In this document: one piece after another, positions 29,841 through 32,000 of the stretch | Numbering within the stretch: position 1 is the stretch's first letter | Layout: each line of letters begins with the position of its first letter | Origin: Candidatus Saccharimonadota bacterium | GTDB lineage: Bacteria > Pseudomonadota > Gammaproteobacteria > Enterobacterales > Enterobacteriaceae | NCBI RefSeq assembly: GCF_023585745.1 | Contig: NZ_CP097762.1 | Coordinates: 240,001 to 272,000, forward strand | Direction: 5' to 3' | DNA length: 32,000 nucleotides | Program-made: the position numbers and the translations under genes | Notes under the pieces: generated by a model | Database searches by the model: none | What the model was told of the DNA's origin: nothing | Seen by the model: the letters and a program-made list of their open reading frames with translations, nothing else

Positions 29841-30698
29841 ATGTACTATTATCATGAACTTAATCCGATAATTTTTTCAATAGGACCAATCTCATTATAT
29901 TGGTACGGAATGATGTATGTATTAAGTTTTATATACGCTATTCGGATGATAACATATCATAACATAAATTATTCAAACAATATTTTTCTAAATTATAAAG
30001 ATTTAGAAAACTTATTATGCTTATGTTTTTTAGGAATTTTATTAGGTGGTCGCGCTGGATATGTATTATTTTATCAATGGTCTTTTTTCTCACAACACTT
30101 ATTAAAAATTTTAAATATATGGGAGGGCGGAATGTCTTTCCACGGTGGTTTAATAGGAGTTATTACAGCAATTAAAATATTCTCATACAAAAAACAAAAA
30201 TCATTTTTAATGATAACAGATATAATCGTACCAACAGTACCATTTGGTTTAGGATGTGGAAGATTAGGAAACTTTATTAACGGTGAACTATGGGGACGAG
30301 TGACAACTGATGTTCCTTGGGCTATGTTTTTTCCTAAATCCATAAACCAAGATTTAATCTCACTAAATACTAATTACTCTACTGAATGGCAAGAATTATT
30401 TGATATGTATGGAGCTTTACCAAGACATCCATCTCAATTATATGAGATGTTCCTTGAAGGAATAATACTTCATATTATTATTAATAAATTAACTAAAAAA
30501 TTTAAACCTACAGGGTATATATCTGGCTTATTCCTTATAAGCTATGGTATACTACGTATCACGGCAGAATTTTTTCGAGAACCTGATGAACAAATAGGTT
30601 TATTTATCAACACTATGACTCTAGGACAAATACTGTCGTGTCCTATGATTATAATAGGTTTTGTTATTACTTGCGGTTTTTTTCGACCTAAAAATTAA
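29841..30698 (+). CDS. lgt: Phosphatidylglycerol--prolipoprotein diacylglyceryl transferase
   Basis: 285-aa ORF with P.IFSIGP..L.WYG.MY, W.GGMSFHGGLIGVI, GRLGNFINGELWGR, LPRHPSQLYE..LEG and EFFR.PD blocks as in E. coli Lgt. Confidence 0.96.
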   Translation: MYYYHELNPIIFSIGPISLYWYGMMYVLSFIYAIRMITYHNINYSNNIFLNYKDLENLLCLCFLGILLGGRAGYVLFYQWSFFSQHLLKILNIWEGGMSFHGGLIGVITAIKIFSYKKQKSFLMITDIIVPTVPFGLGCGRLGNFINGELWGRVTTDVPWAMFFPKSINQDLISLNTNYSTEWQELFDMYGALPRHPSQLYEMFLEGIILHIIINKLTKKFKPTGYISGLFLISYGILRITAEFFREPDEQIGLFINTMTLGQILSCPMIIIGFVITCGFFRPKN

Positions 30699-30707
30699 AA
30701 ATTTCAT

Positions 30708-30736
30708 TACTTCCTATATGAAGTATAATAATTTTT
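30708..30736 (+). terminator. Weak hairpin plus T5 downstream of lgt
   Basis: TACTTC (30708..30713), CTATAT, GAAGTA (30720..30725), then TAATAA and TTTTT (30732..30736). It starts 10 nt after the lgt stop. The stem is short, so support is low. Confidence 0.25.
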
Positions 30737-31078
30737 ATTGATTTAGATTATCAATATACTAACTATAACATATACCAACAAAACAATTTTGTTTGTAAAG
30801 TATGATTTTTATCAATATCCACAAATAATATTTAAATTATGTTCAATATTTAAAAATCTATTAAATTCTATTTAATAGAATACTAATTCTATAATTAACA
30901 ATAAAACATTTGTTTATAAAAATTTTTATTTAAAAGCATAAAATAATCTTTTAAAATAAAATCGCTTCATTTTATAAAATATTTTAGATACATTTAGCAT
31001 AAATACTACAATCTGTATTTTCTAATATTAGTTAAACACTGTTGATTAAATATCTAACATAATTCAATAATACACTAA

Positions 31079-32000
31079 ATGTTAACTATCTATCACTCTA
31101 ATAACGCAAAAAAAATTAAAAACTTATTAATAGATATTATATCAAATAAACCATTATCTGATCCAATGACACCTGAAATAATATTAGTAGAAAAAAGTAT
31201 AAAAAGAGAATGGCTAAAAATAGAATTAGCTAACCACTTCGGCATATTATGTAATACTGAATTCGACTCCATCCCAAATTTTATACAAAAAATATACAAA
31301 ACAATATCATCACATAATTATATTGAAAAAAGTAATTTTTCTTATTCTGTTATGTATTGGAAATTTATGGAAATATTAAACCAAAATAGCATAATTAAAA
31401 ATTATTCCACAATACAAACATATCTAAAAAATGATATAAACCAAAGAAAAATTGGACAACTTTCCGAGCAACTCGCATATCTGTTCACACAATACTTAAT
31501 ATATAGACCAGATTGGCTAAATTTTTGGAAAAATAACCATACTATAAAATACATAAAAAATGACCATCAAATTTGGCAAGCGGAAATATGGAAAAATTTT
31601 TTGAAAAACACAAATTTATATAATAAAGATAGTTTAACAAACATAGAAAAAATCTACATAACACCATTACAACACTGTATATATCTATTAAAACATAACT
31701 ATAAAAAATATAATATTCCGAAAAGAATATTCATTTTTGGTCTAACAACAATTCCAATTGTATATTGGAAAATAATAAAACTATTAAGTTCACATACTAA
31801 TATTTATTTATGGTTTATAAATCCCAGTAACTGTAATATACATAATAATTCTCATGTACTTAAAAAAAACACTTATTCTATAAAACAGCTTTCTTCTAAA
31901 AGAAAGAATACTATAACATCGCATCAATCTAAATATTCATTTTACGAAAAATATAATAAAACAACTAATACTTTTTCTAATACAGATAATATCTTTTTAT
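31079..32000 (+). CDS. recC: Exodeoxyribonuclease V gamma subunit RecC; 5' part only, continues past the right edge
   Basis: ATG at 31079, then MLTIYHSNNAKKIKNLL...DPMTPEIILVEK....WLK..LA..FGI..N..F..P..FI...Y and L...LAYLFTQYLIYRPDWL. This parallels E. coli RecC (MLRVYHSNRLDVLEAL...DPFEPEMILVQS, LFDQYLVYRPDWL). The frame stays open to 32000. It is missing from the ORF track because it is open-ended. Confidence 0.9.
   Translation, partial: MLTIYHSNNAKKIKNLLIDIISNKPLSDPMTPEIILVEKSIKREWLKIELANHFGILCNTEFDSIPNFIQKIYKTISSHNYIEKSNFSYSVMYWKFMEILNQNSIIKNYSTIQTYLKNDINQRKIGQLSEQLAYLFTQYLIYRPDWLNFWKNNHTIKYIKNDHQIWQAEIWKNFLKNTNLYNKDSLTNIEKIYITPLQHCIYLLKHNYKKYNIPKRIFIFGLTTIPIVYWKIIKLLSSHTNIYLWFINPSNCNIHNNSHVLKKNTYSIKQLSSKRKNTITSHQSKYSFYEKYNKTTNTFSNTDNIFL

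Noticed and set aside
23339-31299. ORFs 23339..23536(+), 25754..25948(-), 25955..26245(-), 30074..30343(-) and 31093..31299(-)
   Set aside because: They are antisense to ygfZ, prfB/lysS, lysS, lgt and recC respectively. 31093..31299 is the reverse strand of the clearly RecC-like + frame that starts at 31079.
1-32000. Scan of the whole window for tRNA, rRNA, 4.5S RNA, tmRNA, RNase P RNA, CRISPR repeats, IS terminal repeats, and integrase, transposase, toxin-antitoxin or defence genes
   Set aside because: There are no GC-rich islands with cloverleaf potential in any spacer, no regularly spaced direct repeats, and no ORF without a housekeeping assignment. Nothing supports mobile or accessory content, or a novel system.

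Overview
This is a very AT-rich stretch of a reduced gammaproteobacterial (Enterobacterales-type) genome. It is most consistent with an obligate insect endosymbiont of the Blochmannia/Wigglesworthia kind; I cannot name the species by eye. I can support 27 protein genes, all housekeeping. In order: yajR (5' part), cyoE-D-C-B-A, clpP-clpX, yggX-mutY, ruvX(yqgF)-yqgE, metK, pgk-fbaA, rpiA, ygfA, zapA, ubiH-ubiI(visC), ygfZ, prfB-lysS, lysA, rppH, lgt, recC (5' part). Gene order follows E. coli blocks (about 0.45 Mb, then about 3.10 down to 2.96 Mb, recalled from memory), with many intervening genes missing. By my tally about 8.2 kb, roughly a quarter of the window, is non-coding, including two ORF-free spacers of 2.0 kb and 1.7 kb. 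I found no rRNA, tRNA, CRISPR array, IS or transposase, phage, toxin-antitoxin or defence genes. Every ORF of 60 aa or more in the supplied track is either a recognisable core gene or an antisense/alternate-frame shadow of one. I therefore see no evidence for a novel multi-gene system. The points worth a second look are: (1) prfB needs a programmed +1 frameshift that the ORF track misses, and its site is U UUU UAA C rather than the classical CUU UGA C. (2) The two long spacers are probably decayed genes. (3) There are several perfect 14-15 bp hairpins in spacers, more than I expect by chance. (4) A promoter-like element plus hairpin/T-run brackets an ORF-less unit of about 150 nt. (5) ubiI is intact but has eroded FAD-binding fingerprints. 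(6) The syntenic slot for 6S RNA has no recognisable 6S. (7) There are in-frame A9-A10 tracts and a marked strand compositional asymmetry.
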